This document shows positions 49,898 through 61,153 of a DNA stretch of 64,000 nt, piece by piece (the stretch's first letter is position 1; each line of letters opens with the position of its first letter). The position numbers were made by a program, and so were the translations under genes. Origin of the DNA: an uncultured Methanoregulaceae archaeon (GTDB taxonomy: Archaea; Halobacteriota; Methanomicrobia; Methanomicrobiales; Methanospirillaceae); contig OY970343.1 in NCBI GenBank assembly GCA_963717525.1, positions 640,001-704,000 on the forward strand, in the 5' to 3' direction. Below the pieces are notes generated by a model. It did no database searches. It saw nothing but the letters and a program-made list of their open reading frames with translations, and had not been told where the DNA came from.

Positions 49898-51817
49898 CTA
49901 TACCATGCGGTACGTCTCAAGGTTCATCGGCGAGTGCGTCTGGATGTGGTAACGCTTGTAGATGGAACTGGCAAGATCGATGGTGTTGTTCTCGTCGCCG
50001 TGGATACAGAAGATCTTCTCGGGCCGCGGCTGGATCTGGCCGATGTAATTCATCAGCTGCCGGCGATCGGAGTGCCCCGAGAACCCGTCGATGGTATCGA
50101 TCTCGAGGTTTATAGTGATCGTGCCTTTCCGGCCCAGAGGCACCTCGCGCCATCCTTTCTGGATGCGCCTGCCCTGCGTTCCGTCAGCCTGGTAACCGAC
50201 AAAGACGAGCGCGTTCTTCTCGTCCTCTGCAAGGTTGAGGAGGTATTCCATGACCGGGCCGCCGTTAAGCATGCCGCTGGTGGATATGATCACACAGGGA
50301 TCGCCGTTGATCACCTTCTCGCGGAGCTCGGATGAGTCTACCTGCTGGAAACACTCGGCAAGGAAGGGGTTCATCCCTTCCCGGAAGATCAGATTGCGGA
50401 GATCGTTGTTGAGGTACTCCGGGTAGGTGGTATGGATCGCCGTCGCCTCGCGGATCATGCCGTCGAGGTAGATCTTGACATGCGGGATCTTTCCGAGGCG
50501 CATGCCCTCTTCGAGAGCGAGCATGACTTCCTGCGATCTGCCGACAGCAAATGCGGGGATGATCACCTTGCCGCCGCGTGAGAGTACCTTGTTGATGGTC
50601 TCGTAGAGTTTCAGTTCTGCATCCGAGCGTGCCGGCTGGAAATCGTTTGAACCGCCGTATGTGCTCTCCATGAAGAGTGCTTCAAGCCGGGGGAACTGGT
50701 TGATGGCCGGATTAAAAAGACGGCTTTTGCTGTAGTTGAAATCCCCGGTGAAGGCAATATTGTACAATCCGTCGCCAATGTGGAAATGTGCGATCGCGGA
50801 ACCAAGGATATGGCCCGCGTTATGGAAGGTGAGCTTGATATCGGGGGCAATATCGGTGACGCTGCCATAATTGAGGGTGATCGAATGCCGGATGTAGGTC
50901 TTGACCTCGTTTGAGCTGTAGGGGATCTTGCGGTCCTCTTTGTTGATGACATCCAAGTAATCCAGCTGGAGCATCGCGGAGAGGTCACGGGTCGGCGGGG
51001 TCGAGTAGACCGGGCCTTCGTACCCGTACTTGTAAAGGAGGGGGATCAGCGCACAGTGGTCGAGGTGGGCGTGCGTAAGGACCACTGCGTCGAGCTGGGC
51101 GAGGGGATGGATTTCAGGGACGTAGAGGTACGGTGTGCCGTTTGAGTTGTCGGGTTTTTCCCCACAATCGATGAGCACGCGACTGTCCGGGGTGGTGAGC
51201 AGAAATGCAGCCCGGCCGACCTCGCGGCAACAGCCAAGGGTAGTAACCCGTGCCCACTGGTCTTTCCGGGTTGCATCCTTGTTTGCCTCGTCGCGTCCCG
51301 GGATGTCGCGGTGGATGCGCCGCCCAATCGTACGCAGGAAGGTTTTACGCTCCTCATTGACTGAGCGCAGGTACTGGCGGACCTGTTTTACGGTACTGCT
51401 CTCGATAGGTGGGGTGCGGACGACCTTGGGTGTCCAGCCGATGTGCTTGGTGATCTCACGCAGGGTGATCCCGTTTTTCCCGATGACCACGCCAGGTTTT
51501 TCTGCCTCGATGAGAACCTCCCCGGTGTCCGGGTCAAAAAAGATATCCGTTATACCGGAGGACTCCGGCACCACTGCCCGGATCTCGGTTGCTGCTTTCT
51601 CGGGGTCTTCGAGGATGGTGGGACGGACGACGATGCGTTTTCGTAAGTCCCGGGCAAGCACCCGGATCAGGTCAGCTTCATCAGCAAACCGCTTGGGATC
51701 ATCAGTGTAGATTACCAGTTCTGGCCCTTCGAATTCAACTTCAGTAACCCTGATGCCCGCGGGCACCCGTTCGTTTATTTTATCCCTGAGCTCTTTGAGC
51801 CGATCTTCAATCAACAT
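49898..51817 (-). CDS. fttA: beta-CASP ribonuclease aCPSF1 / transcription termination factor FttA
   Basis: N-terminal KH domains, HAHLDH, AGHILG, ESTYG and GFSGHSD motifs. Confidence 0.96.
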   Translation of the reverse strand: MLIEDRLKELRDKINERVPAGIRVTEVEFEGPELVIYTDDPKRFADEADLIRVLARDLRKRIVVRPTILEDPEKAATEIRAVVPESSGITDIFFDPDTGEVLIEAEKPGVVIGKNGITLREITKHIGWTPKVVRTPPIESSTVKQVRQYLRSVNEERKTFLRTIGRRIHRDIPGRDEANKDATRKDQWARVTTLGCCREVGRAAFLLTTPDSRVLIDCGEKPDNSNGTPYLYVPEIHPLAQLDAVVLTHAHLDHCALIPLLYKYGYEGPVYSTPPTRDLSAMLQLDYLDVINKEDRKIPYSSNEVKTYIRHSITLNYGSVTDIAPDIKLTFHNAGHILGSAIAHFHIGDGLYNIAFTGDFNYSKSRLFNPAINQFPRLEALFMESTYGGSNDFQPARSDAELKLYETINKVLSRGGKVIIPAFAVGRSQEVMLALEEGMRLGKIPHVKIYLDGMIREATAIHTTYPEYLNNDLRNLIFREGMNPFLAECFQQVDSSELREKVINGDPCVIISTSGMLNGGPVMEYLLNLAEDEKNALVFVGYQADGTQGRRIQKGWREVPLGRKGTITINLEIDTIDGFSGHSDRRQLMNYIGQIQPRPEKIFCIHGDENNTIDLASSIYKRYHIQTHSPMNLETYRMV

Positions 51818-51841
51818 AACAATGAACGTCCTAAAAAGAGA

Positions 51842-52483
51842 TTATGCGGAATTTTTGACAAGGTATTTCTTGAGCTGGTCTTCGTCAAGTGCCTGATACC
51901 TGTCCTTGGTAATGACCACAACATGGATCCCTTCACCGGATCCGGCATCGCGTTTCATCGCAGACCGCAGGGCGCGGACCGCCAGCTCGATGGCTTCGTC
52001 CTCGTTCATGCCCGGTTGGTAACGGTCTTCCAGAACACCGTAGGCCATAGGTGAACCGGAACCGGTCGAGACAATGTCCTCTTCCTTGGTTGCTCCGCCC
52101 ATGGCGTCGACCGAGTAGACACTCGGCCCATGCTCGTCTATACCCCCGACGAGCAGCTGGACATAATACGGGAAATAACGGTTCTGGTTTAAATAATTGG
52201 AGAGCAGGGTTGACGCGGCCCCGACCGTGATCGCCCGCGACCTGCGAATCTGATACAGGTTGCATTCGACGGTAATGATCCGGGCCAGCTGCTGGGCATC
52301 ACCGACACCACCGGCTATGGTCATGCCAATCCTATCGGCAATCTGGTAAACCTTCTTTGCACGCTTGCTTGCGATCATATAACCCATGGTCGCACGTTTT
52401 TCCGTGGCAAGGATCACCCCTCCGGCAAAAACCAGACCCACCGTTGTTGTCCCTGTCATAGATTCCTGGTACTGTTCAGGCAT
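51842..52483 (-). CDS. psmB: Proteasome beta subunit
   Basis: Short propeptide then TGTTTVG; GSGSP.AYG and RDAGSG motifs. Confidence 0.97.
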   Translation of the reverse strand: MPEQYQESMTGTTTVGLVFAGGVILATEKRATMGYMIASKRAKKVYQIADRIGMTIAGGVGDAQQLARIITVECNLYQIRRSRAITVGAASTLLSNYLNQNRYFPYYVQLLVGGIDEHGPSVYSVDAMGGATKEEDIVSTGSGSPMAYGVLEDRYQPGMNEDEAIELAVRALRSAMKRDAGSGEGIHVVVITKDRYQALDEDQLKKYLVKNSA

Positions 52484-52567
52484 ATCACACCTCAAAAACA
52501 AATGAACGCCAAAAATCAATTAAAAGCGTTTTATGGTATAAGATGACACCTGAAAACTTAAAGGTTG

Positions 52568-53416
52568 TTATTCTGCGTCATCTTTGCAGAGGACTTTGAT
52601 AAGATCCCGGTCATAGAGCATGGCAACGAGGCGCTTGTCCCCGTTGATCACCGGAAGCTGGTCGACCCGTGACCTGCGCATCTTGAGCGCACACTCGCTG
52701 ACCTCCGAATTCTTGGGGACGGCAACAACATTCTTGACCATGGCAAGTTTTACCGGCCTGTTGGGCAGCTGCACGCGGGAGATGCCGAAACTTATCGTAT
52801 GATTATCCCGGATGCTCTCCCATGTCCATTCATCATCATCGGTGCCGTTGGAGAAGTCACTGACTCCCACCGAATCCTCGATGCTCGAATTCCTGATAAG
52901 GTCGCGCTCCGAGATGATACCTTGCAGCACGCTGTCGGAATTTAAGATCGGGATAGCGTCCACTCCTGAGATCTCCATGACACGGCCTACGAGCGGGAGA
53001 GGGGTGTCTTCCCAGAGTGCAAAGGTTGTGCTCATGTAGGAATCCTTGATCTCCTCTTTTATCTTCATCTGGGCTATCGCGTGAATCAGGTCGGCAACCG
53101 AGAGCAGGCCGATCAGCTTGTTATCCTCGACCACCGGCAGTCGCCGGATCCGGTGCGTGACCAGCAGCCGGGCGGCATCGCCGATGTCCGTATCAGGCCC
53201 TATCGTGACCGGCTTTGAGGCCATGAGAAGCCCCAGCTGGGTCTCTTCGGGCTTGCGAAGCAGATCCTTTCTGGTAATGATGCCGACCAGTTTCTTGTTC
53301 TTGAGCACCGGCACACCCGAGATTCCGGTCCTTTTGAGGATCTTGAGGACATCGTCGCGGTTGCCGGGAATATCTACATGGACGACATCGGAAGTCATGT
53401 AGTCCTTAACAAGCAT
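52568..53416 (-). CDS. Four-CBS-domain protein
   Basis: Repeated SGVPV/RLPVV/AIPIL/QLPVI + (L)xGI motifs; acidic insert DDDEWTWES. Confidence 0.9.
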   Translation of the reverse strand: MLVKDYMTSDVVHVDIPGNRDDVLKILKRTGISGVPVLKNKKLVGIITRKDLLRKPEETQLGLLMASKPVTIGPDTDIGDAARLLVTHRIRRLPVVEDNKLIGLLSVADLIHAIAQMKIKEEIKDSYMSTTFALWEDTPLPLVGRVMEISGVDAIPILNSDSVLQGIISERDLIRNSSIEDSVGVSDFSNGTDDDEWTWESIRDNHTISFGISRVQLPNRPVKLAMVKNVVAVPKNSEVSECALKMRRSRVDQLPVINGDKRLVAMLYDRDLIKVLCKDDAE

Positions 53417-53421
53417 GTCCG

Positions 53422-53856
53422 TTATGATCTCACCACCATGGTCGTGACCGTACTGTGCGTGGTAATGTAGGTGCTGACACTTCCCAGAAGGATGCTATCG
53501 GTCTTGCTCTTCCCGTGGGAACCGGAAACAATGAGATCCACCTTCTCTTTCTTAGCCAGAGTAATGATCTCGGTACCGGCATGACCCTGTTTCATGTGCG
53601 TCATGAGGGCCACCCCGCTTTTTGCCGCTGTCTTCTTTGCTTTATCAAGAACGGAGTTACCCTCGTTCTCAAGCACGCGGTACATGATTTCTACGGTATT
53701 ATCTGATGGGAGTGATGAGAAGAGGCCGGTCTCTACCACGTAAACGGCATGGAGCCTTGCATTCCATACCTTTGCCTCGTCGACGGCTCGTTCGATCGCC
53801 TGATCACTCGCTTTTGAACCATCGATGGCAACAAGTATGTTAGTAAACAATGGCAT
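53422..53856 (-). CDS. Universal stress protein
   Basis: ILVAIDGS and G.HG.S.....LLGSVS motifs. Confidence 0.93.
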   Translation of the reverse strand: MPLFTNILVAIDGSKASDQAIERAVDEAKVWNARLHAVYVVETGLFSSLPSDNTVEIMYRVLENEGNSVLDKAKKTAAKSGVALMTHMKQGHAGTEIITLAKKEKVDLIVSGSHGKSKTDSILLGSVSTYITTHSTVTTMVVRS

Positions 53857-53879
53857 CACCCAAAACAAACATGCCATTT

Positions 53880-54926
53880 TTATTGAGTTTTCAAATTAAA
53901 AACGTTATTCCCGATTTCTCCCATTTGTGCGCGCTTTACCAGCGATGTTATGGGATCGCGGCTGAAAAAAAGCGCAGACTGGATTGGATCAAGCGTAAAA
54001 AGGGCAGCGCGGGCTCCTTTCCGGATAAAAAAGGACGATCCGGTGAGCTGCGATCCTGCAACAGCAGACCAGAGGACAGCCTTTGGATGGAGATGGTATA
54101 CGATCGATGCAAACGCCATCTCCGAAAACATATCCGGGGGAACAAACATCACGTTGTCCGTGCCAAGCATCACCGTGCACCCGACTTCGATCATGGCATG
54201 AATAGGGGGATACCGTGCCGATGAGGTCACGCCCAGCGCCCAGTTGGAACGGGGGCAGACAGTAATCGGGATCTCCAGATCCGCGCACGCCCGGAGTTGT
54301 TTTTTTGTCGCATGGGTCATGTGGATGAGGAGATCCGGTTCGAACGAAAGCGCAGCGTCAACGTCACCGCTGTCACGTTCGCCCGCATGGAACGCGATTT
54401 TTTTTCCCGCGTTCCGGGCCGCCCTTACCTGCCGCTCTACCCCAGGTACATCACGGGTACTGCTCACCCCGAGACCGTCTGCAGTCTCTTCTCCCCCTTC
54501 CCTCCCGAAGATAACGGGCTGAAAGTTGAGACCTGCAACCGCATCCCGGAGCGTATTCACTCCATCTCTCCCCCCCTCCCGGAAATCCGCGCAGCCGAAC
54601 GTCCCGGACCGGATCATGCCGGTGACGGACGCCCGCATCCCGGCGACAAGATCTTTCCGTGATGCGGCAGAAAGAAGCCGGTGCTTAAGGCCATCGGGGG
54701 GGGCCACCATGCTGACCAGATCCCCGGTACTTCCGCAGTCCATGGCAATAGTGTCGCCCAAGTGCGTATGGGCGTCAAAAAAAGCCGGGCAGATCCAGAC
54801 CGGGGGGGCCCGGGAGGTCTCTTCGACCGCAGCGATAAGGCCCTTCTCGATCACAATGTCGACCGGCCGGAGCGCGAGCTCCTCGCCCACCAGCGCCTGA
54901 CCGGAGAGGACCTGTGAGGATTTCAT
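53880..54926 (-). CDS. Amidohydrolase (nucleoside deaminase-like)
   Basis: DAHTHLGD, HAGE, HMTH, CPRSN and LGTDN motifs. Confidence 0.88.
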   Translation of the reverse strand: MKSSQVLSGQALVGEELALRPVDIVIEKGLIAAVEETSRAPPVWICPAFFDAHTHLGDTIAMDCGSTGDLVSMVAPPDGLKHRLLSAASRKDLVAGMRASVTGMIRSGTFGCADFREGGRDGVNTLRDAVAGLNFQPVIFGREGGEETADGLGVSSTRDVPGVERQVRAARNAGKKIAFHAGERDSGDVDAALSFEPDLLIHMTHATKKQLRACADLEIPITVCPRSNWALGVTSSARYPPIHAMIEVGCTVMLGTDNVMFVPPDMFSEMAFASIVYHLHPKAVLWSAVAGSQLTGSSFFIRKGARAALFTLDPIQSALFFSRDPITSLVKRAQMGEIGNNVFNLKTQ

Positions 54927-54974
54927 CGGGTACCGTAACTCTCTTTTATATATCGAAAAATGAAATATATTTGC

Positions 54975-55145
54975 ATGGCAAAGAAACAAGGCGGAAGGTT
55001 ACTTTCATCGGCAGGTCTCGTCAACTATTACGAGAGCGAAGACCGGCGGGCAATACATATCAGTCCCATAACGGTCATGGCAATCGCCGCCGTTGTCGGG
55101 ATCATCGTCATGGTCTTCAATCTCCTGTATTCAACACATGCATAA
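54975..55145 (+). CDS. secG: Preprotein translocase subunit Sec61beta/SecG
   Basis: LLSSAGLVNYY...I.P followed by a TM segment. Confidence 0.92.
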   Translation: MAKKQGGRLLSSAGLVNYYESEDRRAIHISPITVMAIAAVVGIIVMVFNLLYSTHA

Positions 55146-55182
55146 CTCCGGTCCATGAACGGACCGGATCCGCTTTTTTCCC

Positions 55183-55936
55183 TCACGAGGGGCAGTGTTC
55201 TTTGAGCAGTTTTCTGGTAATATCCTCGGTCTTCGAGAAATAGAGGTCATCATGCCCGGTCCAGGGCTGGCAGTTGCGGAACAGTACCGCCGGGACGCCG
55301 TTGTTGCTCTCCCCCATGACAAAGTTGGCAAATCCCGCGATCTCGTCCACTACTGCCTCCTCCGTGATCTTGAGTTCATGGCCGAAGAGGTCAACATCCC
55401 CCCGGAAATCCCGGATGGCCGTAAACCCGCTCCACCCGATAGCGTGCCCGGTCTGCCCCCGCCGGAACGAGCGCCCGCAGGTGTCCGTGATGATCACACC
55501 AATCTTTTTTCCGGTGAGCTGCCGGATCTCCTCCCTGAGCCTGCGCCGCCGCATGCATGGGGTCGGGAGGAAGGAAGATTACCATGCCGTCATCGATATT
55601 GCTCTGGTCGACACCCGCACGGACCCCGATATGGCCGAACGGGAGTTCGGAGAGAATAAACGGGTACTCCATGATGATATCTTTCGAGGCATCAATCACA
55701 GCCTGAACAAACCGGGGATCTTCCTTGTTGAGCTCCGCAAGGTGCAGTGCCCGCTTTGACGGCGTGATATCAGCGAGGGATTTTGTGAACCCTTTGGCTT
55801 TAGAATACACAGTCGAGGCAAGAGAGAGAATATCACCGTTTTCCACCTTTACCCGCTCACAGATCATTGCCGGGATATTATCACCGGCCCTGATCAACGG
55901 GAGCCCCCGGATACCTGTGACAACAATATTTTCCAT
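55183..55936 (-). CDS. cofE: Coenzyme F420-0:L-glutamate ligase; +1 frameshift ~55541
   Basis: LPLI..GD, SKA.G, AGVDQSN, DTCGRSFRRGQ and D.FG.EL..T motifs. Confidence 0.92.
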
Positions 55937-56125
55937 AGTACTCGTTCTATTGGGTTGATCTCCCGATATAGGGGTTTCGTTTGGTTTTTGTTTCTTGGCA
56001 GAGAACCCGGGCAATCCCTCTTCATAGGATCTCGTCACCTCCGTTTCTGCCAGGGCAGTTAAGAAACCTATTATGCCTGAACCATAATGTCAATATATTT
56101 TTATAGAGGATGAACTGATGACCTC

Positions 56126-56401
56126 ATGTTTATGTACCATATCCTCCGGTGTCCGGGGTGCAAAACGTTTACGTACGTGGACCGGTACCAGAAATGGAAA
56201 CTCTGCCCGGCCTGCGGCCATGCCTACGAGGTTGCCCGGGTGCCTGCCTATCTGGAGGTTGGGGATTACCATGATGCCGAGCATATCATACGGCAGATGG
56301 AAAAACACCTCCATGCCCATAAAAAGAAGGATTTCACCCCGGAAGAATCCGAAGAACTGCGCCGGCATTATGCCGAATGGTTCCGGAAAAAGTGCCATTG
56401 A
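56126..56401 (+). CDS. Small zinc-ribbon protein (DUF1922-like)
   Basis: RCPGC and CPACG pairs. Confidence 0.75.
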   Translation: MFMYHILRCPGCKTFTYVDRYQKWKLCPACGHAYEVARVPAYLEVGDYHDAEHIIRQMEKHLHAHKKKDFTPEESEELRRHYAEWFRKKCH

Positions 56402-56527
56402 AACCAGTTTTTTTGTTTGTCTTATATAATACCAGGGACGATTCTCTGTTCCCTATTAGAGTTGGACACGCGTATATGTTGCAAGGTTCATCTGCCTGAA
56501 AAGCAAGATAGTCCTTGCAGGTGTCCC

Positions 56528-57770
56528 GTGGAGCAGTACGATACCGCCGTTATTGGTGCCGGCCCAGCAGGCCTTTTCTGCGCGATCCATGCGGCGGCGC
56601 CGGGGGCCAGCGTGCTCCTGCTGGAGAAGAACCCTAGGCCCGGGGAAAAGCTCAGGATTTCCGGGACCGGCCAGTGCAACATCACGCATGACGGTGAGAT
56701 GGGATCATTTTTTCCCCGGTACGGCTCTCACAGGCAGTTTATCAGGCCGGCACTGTTATCTTTTACCAACCGGGCGCTCCTTCGCTTTTTTGAAGATCGC
56801 GGCCTTTCTTTCGAGATTATGCCGGGCGGCAAGGTTTTCCCGGTAAGCCGGAACGCCGGTGAGGTTTGCGATATCCTGATCCACGAGTGCGAAAGCCGGG
56901 GCGTTCTCGTGCGGTGCGGGGAACCTGTCCAGAGAGTCGATTCTATGAATCCTGGTTTTGTCATCCAGACTGCTGGCTTGAGGGTGCGTTCAAAGAACCT
57001 TGTCCTTGCTACCGGCGGGGCATCGTACCCGAGTACAGGATCAACCGGCGACGGTTACCGGATTGCGGCATCCCTGGGCCATTCGATCATGAGGATCGGC
57101 CCGGCGCTCGCCCCGCTCATTATAAAAAATTTCCCGTTTTCCTCCCTGGCCGGTATGACCTTTCCCGGGTTACCGTTCTCGGTCTGGCGGAAAAACCACA
57201 AAATCATTGAAAGTGAGGGTGACGTGCTTTTCACGCATACCGGCCTCTCCGGCCCTGGTATCCTTGATCGTTCCCGAGACATTAGGGCAGGAGATGAGAT
57301 CCGGCTCTCATGCGCCGGTCCGGTAAAGCGAGAAGATGCAGCGCGGGAGGTCCTTGATGCCATTAACCGTGCCCCGTCAAAAACGATCAAGACCATTGTT
57401 GCCGGTATGGGTGTTCCCGAACGGCTTTCCCGGATTCTTCCCGAGCTGGCCGGGATTCCGGCTGACAGTACCCGGTGCTCACCTGACTGCTGCCGGCCGC
57501 AATCGTTTGATCGGCATGCTAACAGAATGTCCGCTGGAAGTCTCGGCCGTGGGTGATCTTTCTGTTGCGATGGTAACACGGGGGGGCATTGCGCTTTCGG
57601 AAGTGCATCCCAAAACTATGGAATCAAAACTGGTGCCCGGGCTTTATTTTGCTGGGGAGGTGCTCGACATCGATGGCGACACGGGAGGTTTCAATCTCCA
57701 GGCCGCGTTCTCAACGGGTTTTCTTGCGGCGCAGGGGATCCGGTTGCGTAACGGACACCACGTGGATTGA
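56528..57770 (+). CDS. HI0933/BaiN-family flavoprotein; +1 frameshift ~57471
   Basis: GAGPAG, G.K..ISG.G.CN.T, GG.SYP.TGSTGDG, FTH.GLSGP, VT.GG and GE.LD.DG.TGG.N motifs. Confidence 0.9.
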
Positions 57771-57883
57771 TCCAAAATCTCTTTGACAAAAAGATCCTCA
57801 CTGATCACGAAGATAACCTATTTATTGGCACAGGATCGAGCCATTCTGGTATACATAAGCACCATGGGCATGAGGACAGGAGA

Positions 57884-58285
57884 ATGGACGCGGATTCAGG
57901 CAACCGGCAACACAACGACACCGGTGAAAACACAGTGAATGAAGAACCTTCCCACACCTCCTATGAGAATGTCACTACGGATCCCTGCCCTCCTGTTTCT
58001 CGGGATGCCATCCCCGGAATGACCCTGGAACAGATCATCGATATGACCGGGGAGTTTGCACACCTCCACGAGCTCATCATGATTCATATCGAGCAGGCCG
58101 GAGGATTTGCCGGTGCTGACGCGTATTTCCGCACGGTACAGCCTCTCCTCGATCTGCTCGAAATTGAGATCCGGATCCGGTGCAGATCCGGCCTCACCCC
58201 GCAGCAGATGAAACTGGTAGTGCAGGACTGGATCGACCAGGAGATCAAGGCCTGTATGGAAAGGACCGTTACCCGTGACCCGTAA
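57884..58285 (+). CDS. Hypothetical protein
   Basis: AGGAG RBS before ATG 57884; helical C-terminal half. Confidence 0.65.
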   Translation: MDADSGNRQHNDTGENTVNEEPSHTSYENVTTDPCPPVSRDAIPGMTLEQIIDMTGEFAHLHELIMIHIEQAGGFAGADAYFRTVQPLLDLLEIEIRIRCRSGLTPQQMKLVVQDWIDQEIKACMERTVTRDP

Positions 58286-58359
58286 CGATCATGGGTGTCG
58301 GCCGGGACGTATTTTACGAAACTAGAAAGCGGATCGTGAACAACACTGCACCGTAAATT

Positions 58360-58683
58360 ATGCAGTTCTTCGGATGTGGTCTGAATATACTCTTATGTGC
58401 AGCACTTTTATCCCTCCTGTTCGCCGGCGGTTGCACGACCGCCGGTCCTGCGGGCACCTATACCGGAATCAACAGCCCTTCCAGTGTGATTGTTTTGCAT
58501 ACTGACGGTACTATGGATTTCCGGAACAGTGCAGGCTCATACTCAGGAAATTATACTCTTAATGGAAACACTCTGACACTGATCCGGACCGATGAGAACG
58601 GTGCTACCAGCGCCCTTTTTACGACCATTGAACCAAATGGAACTTTCTCGATCGGCATTATGACGTACAGGAAAAAATCCTGA
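58360..58683 (+). CDS. Putative lipoprotein
   Basis: Hydrophobic leader ending AGGC (lipobox-like); beta-rich G.Y...G..L.L pattern. Confidence 0.7.
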   Translation: MQFFGCGLNILLCAALLSLLFAGGCTTAGPAGTYTGINSPSSVIVLHTDGTMDFRNSAGSYSGNYTLNGNTLTLIRTDENGATSALFTTIEPNGTFSIGIMTYRKKS

Positions 58684-58863
58684 ACCTTCTTTTTCATTCG
58701 TTCGGCCTTCCGGAAAAACGACCTTCTGTCGGATTTATTCAAGAGGAGGGTAAAGGAACTCTCGGTAGTTGATGTGTGGTTGCCGGATATTCCTCCGGTG
58801 AAGAAATGGCGGGTTTTCGGCCGGATTGTATCTGGCAGCCAAAGCCAGGTTAAAAATAGTATT

Positions 58864-60069
58864 TTAGATCAACCCGGTTGCCCAGGTATACATGTTATGG
58901 AGACCGGCAGATATCACTGTCCCGGGGTCGATGTGGAGCAGCGGGAAAACGAGGATAAAATAGAGAACGGTCCCAATCAGGCTCCCTATATTTGCAAGTG
59001 CTGCTACAAGTACGACTTTGAAGAGCGGTATACGTGACATCTCCCGGATCGATTCGGTCTCGTAGATTCTCCGGAAATCTGATACTGGCGGTTTTCGTAC
59101 CTTCGCCTCCACATACGCGGCAAACCATCCCGCATGTAGCAGCGGGTTTAAGGAGGTCATCCATGCCACCCCAAAACAGGTGAGGGCGGAATACGGGTGG
59201 CCACCGGCGATGAGGGTAAATATTGCGGCAAGCACTCCATGAATGATCACCCAGAAGAGGAGCGCGTACAAAAGCACCGTCAGGCCGACACCGGAGAAGG
59301 CGATCGCGGCCAACAGGAAGGCAAAAAGCCCGGTGACCGCAAACCCGAATATTTTTGCCCAGGGAAAGGATTTCGGCTCCCTGGTAAGCGCGTCAAACGG
59401 GGGGAGGGTCTGCGGCTGTTCGACGTAGGTAGTGATACCCTGCCGGTGCCCGGCGCCGACTACGGCAAGGATGCGTGCTTCCGGCCGCTGCACCTTTAAA
59501 AGAACAAGCTGATGGGCGATAAACGCATCGCGCTCATCTATCAGTGCATGGGCGCCATTGGGCGAGAACCTGCGAAACTCCTCCATAACCGCATCGATAA
59601 TGTTCTGCTCCTTGAGCGATTCGATATCGATCTCCTCACCGCCATCCACCTCCGCGATGGAGTAGATCAGCGCAAAGACCATCTTGATCTTCTCGATGAT
59701 CCCCATCGATTTCCAGAACCTCAGGAGGGTGAGCCTGATGTCGCGGTCCACAAGGGCGACCGGGATGTTGCGGCTCTCCGCTTCTGCGATGGCGGCCTTC
59801 ATCTCGGCGCCCGGCTCGACCCCGACGTCGACCCCGATCTTCCGCTGGAGGTAGGAGAGGAACCACTGGACAAGGAGCGAGTTAAAGTTCTTTACTTCAA
59901 GGACATCATCTACCGTCGGATCACGGGCCTGTTTTTTGAGGGCCAAGAACCGGGCCGGGTCAAGCTCAATGGCCACGATATCCGGCCGGAATTCCTCTAT
60001 TGCAGCCTTGACCTCATCGACACTTTTCTGGGAAACGTGTGCAGTCCCGATGATCCTTAACTCAGCCAT
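58864..60069 (-). CDS. TraB/GumN family protein with C-terminal TM segments
   Basis: GTAHVS, ELD..R, PGAEM, DR.I..T, ERD and VVGAGH motifs. Confidence 0.92.
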   Translation of the reverse strand: MAELRIIGTAHVSQKSVDEVKAAIEEFRPDIVAIELDPARFLALKKQARDPTVDDVLEVKNFNSLLVQWFLSYLQRKIGVDVGVEPGAEMKAAIAEAESRNIPVALVDRDIRLTLLRFWKSMGIIEKIKMVFALIYSIAEVDGGEEIDIESLKEQNIIDAVMEEFRRFSPNGAHALIDERDAFIAHQLVLLKVQRPEARILAVVGAGHRQGITTYVEQPQTLPPFDALTREPKSFPWAKIFGFAVTGLFAFLLAAIAFSGVGLTVLLYALLFWVIIHGVLAAIFTLIAGGHPYSALTCFGVAWMTSLNPLLHAGWFAAYVEAKVRKPPVSDFRRIYETESIREMSRIPLFKVVLVAALANIGSLIGTVLYFILVFPLLHIDPGTVISAGLHNMYTWATGLI

Positions 60070-60334
60070 CAGCCACCGTAATTCCAACACTATTGGTCTT
60101 TTAGCTTCTTTAATAGTGGGGTACCACAAAAGAGGCGAAGGTAAATTCTCGATACTTCAAATACAGCTCCATGCATGCCAAAAAGAAAAAACGTAAAAAC
60201 AAATTCATCACAATTTTTAAATTCCTAAAAAAACACGCTCCGGAAAGCGGGTGCTGCATTCCCAGAACGTTGGTACCGTAACCGGATTATTATGCCGGTT
60301 TCACCTATATATCCGCAATAGCGGGGGGGACGGC

Positions 60335-61153
60335 ATGAAGATTGCAGTGGCCGGGAAGGGAGGGTCAGGGAAGACACTGGTTGCCGGCAGCCTTGCATTC
60401 CTGCTCACCCGTGCCGGATATACAACCCTCACCATTGACGCTGACTCGGCGCCCAACCTCGGATTTCTGCTCGGGCTTTCCGCCCGTGAGGCGGGGGCCA
60501 TCGTCCCGGTCTCAAAAAACGAGGGGCTTATTGCCGCAAAGACCGGGACTGCGTTTCCCGGGGTCTATTCCCTGAACTTCACGGTCGATGATGTGGTATC
60601 GAAGTATGCCGTGCCGACCCCGGCCGGGCCTCACCTGCTGGTCATGGGCACCGTGACCTCGATGGGGGCCGGCTGCACCTGCCCGGCAAACAGTATGATC
60701 CGCGCCCTGCTTCGCCACCTTTTCGTGGAGCGGGACGAAATGGTGGTCCTTGATATGGAAGCCGGTGTCGAGCATATCGGGAGAGGGACCGCGGAGAACG
60801 TTGATATGATGCTTGTCGTAAGTGACGCACACCGACAATCACTTGCTATCGCAGAAAGGATCCTGAGGATGGCAAAGGATGCTGGCATTCCCCGGCTTGC
60901 GCTTGTCGGGAACAGGATCATGGATGCCGGACAGGAACAGGTTATACGGGATTTTGCACATACCCGCGATCTTGCAGTTGTGGGCATGATCCCATTCGAT
61001 GCGACGGTGACTCGGGCGGGTATCGCGGGGGACTCAATCGAAACCCTTCAAAACTCGGCTGCAGTCTGTGCCATCAGCGGGATCCTTGACCGGATTTTTC
61101 AGGATTTGCAAACACGGCCGCTTATTCGGGATGCTCCAGGGGGACACGCATGA
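60335..61153 (+). CDS. cooC: CooC-type Ni-insertion ATPase
   Basis: GKGGSGKT, DAD..PNL, GCTC and DMEAGVEH.GRG motifs. Confidence 0.88.
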   Translation: MKIAVAGKGGSGKTLVAGSLAFLLTRAGYTTLTIDADSAPNLGFLLGLSAREAGAIVPVSKNEGLIAAKTGTAFPGVYSLNFTVDDVVSKYAVPTPAGPHLLVMGTVTSMGAGCTCPANSMIRALLRHLFVERDEMVVLDMEAGVEHIGRGTAENVDMMLVVSDAHRQSLAIAERILRMAKDAGIPRLALVGNRIMDAGQEQVIRDFAHTRDLAVVGMIPFDATVTRAGIAGDSIETLQNSAAVCAISGILDRIFQDLQTRPLIRDAPGGHA

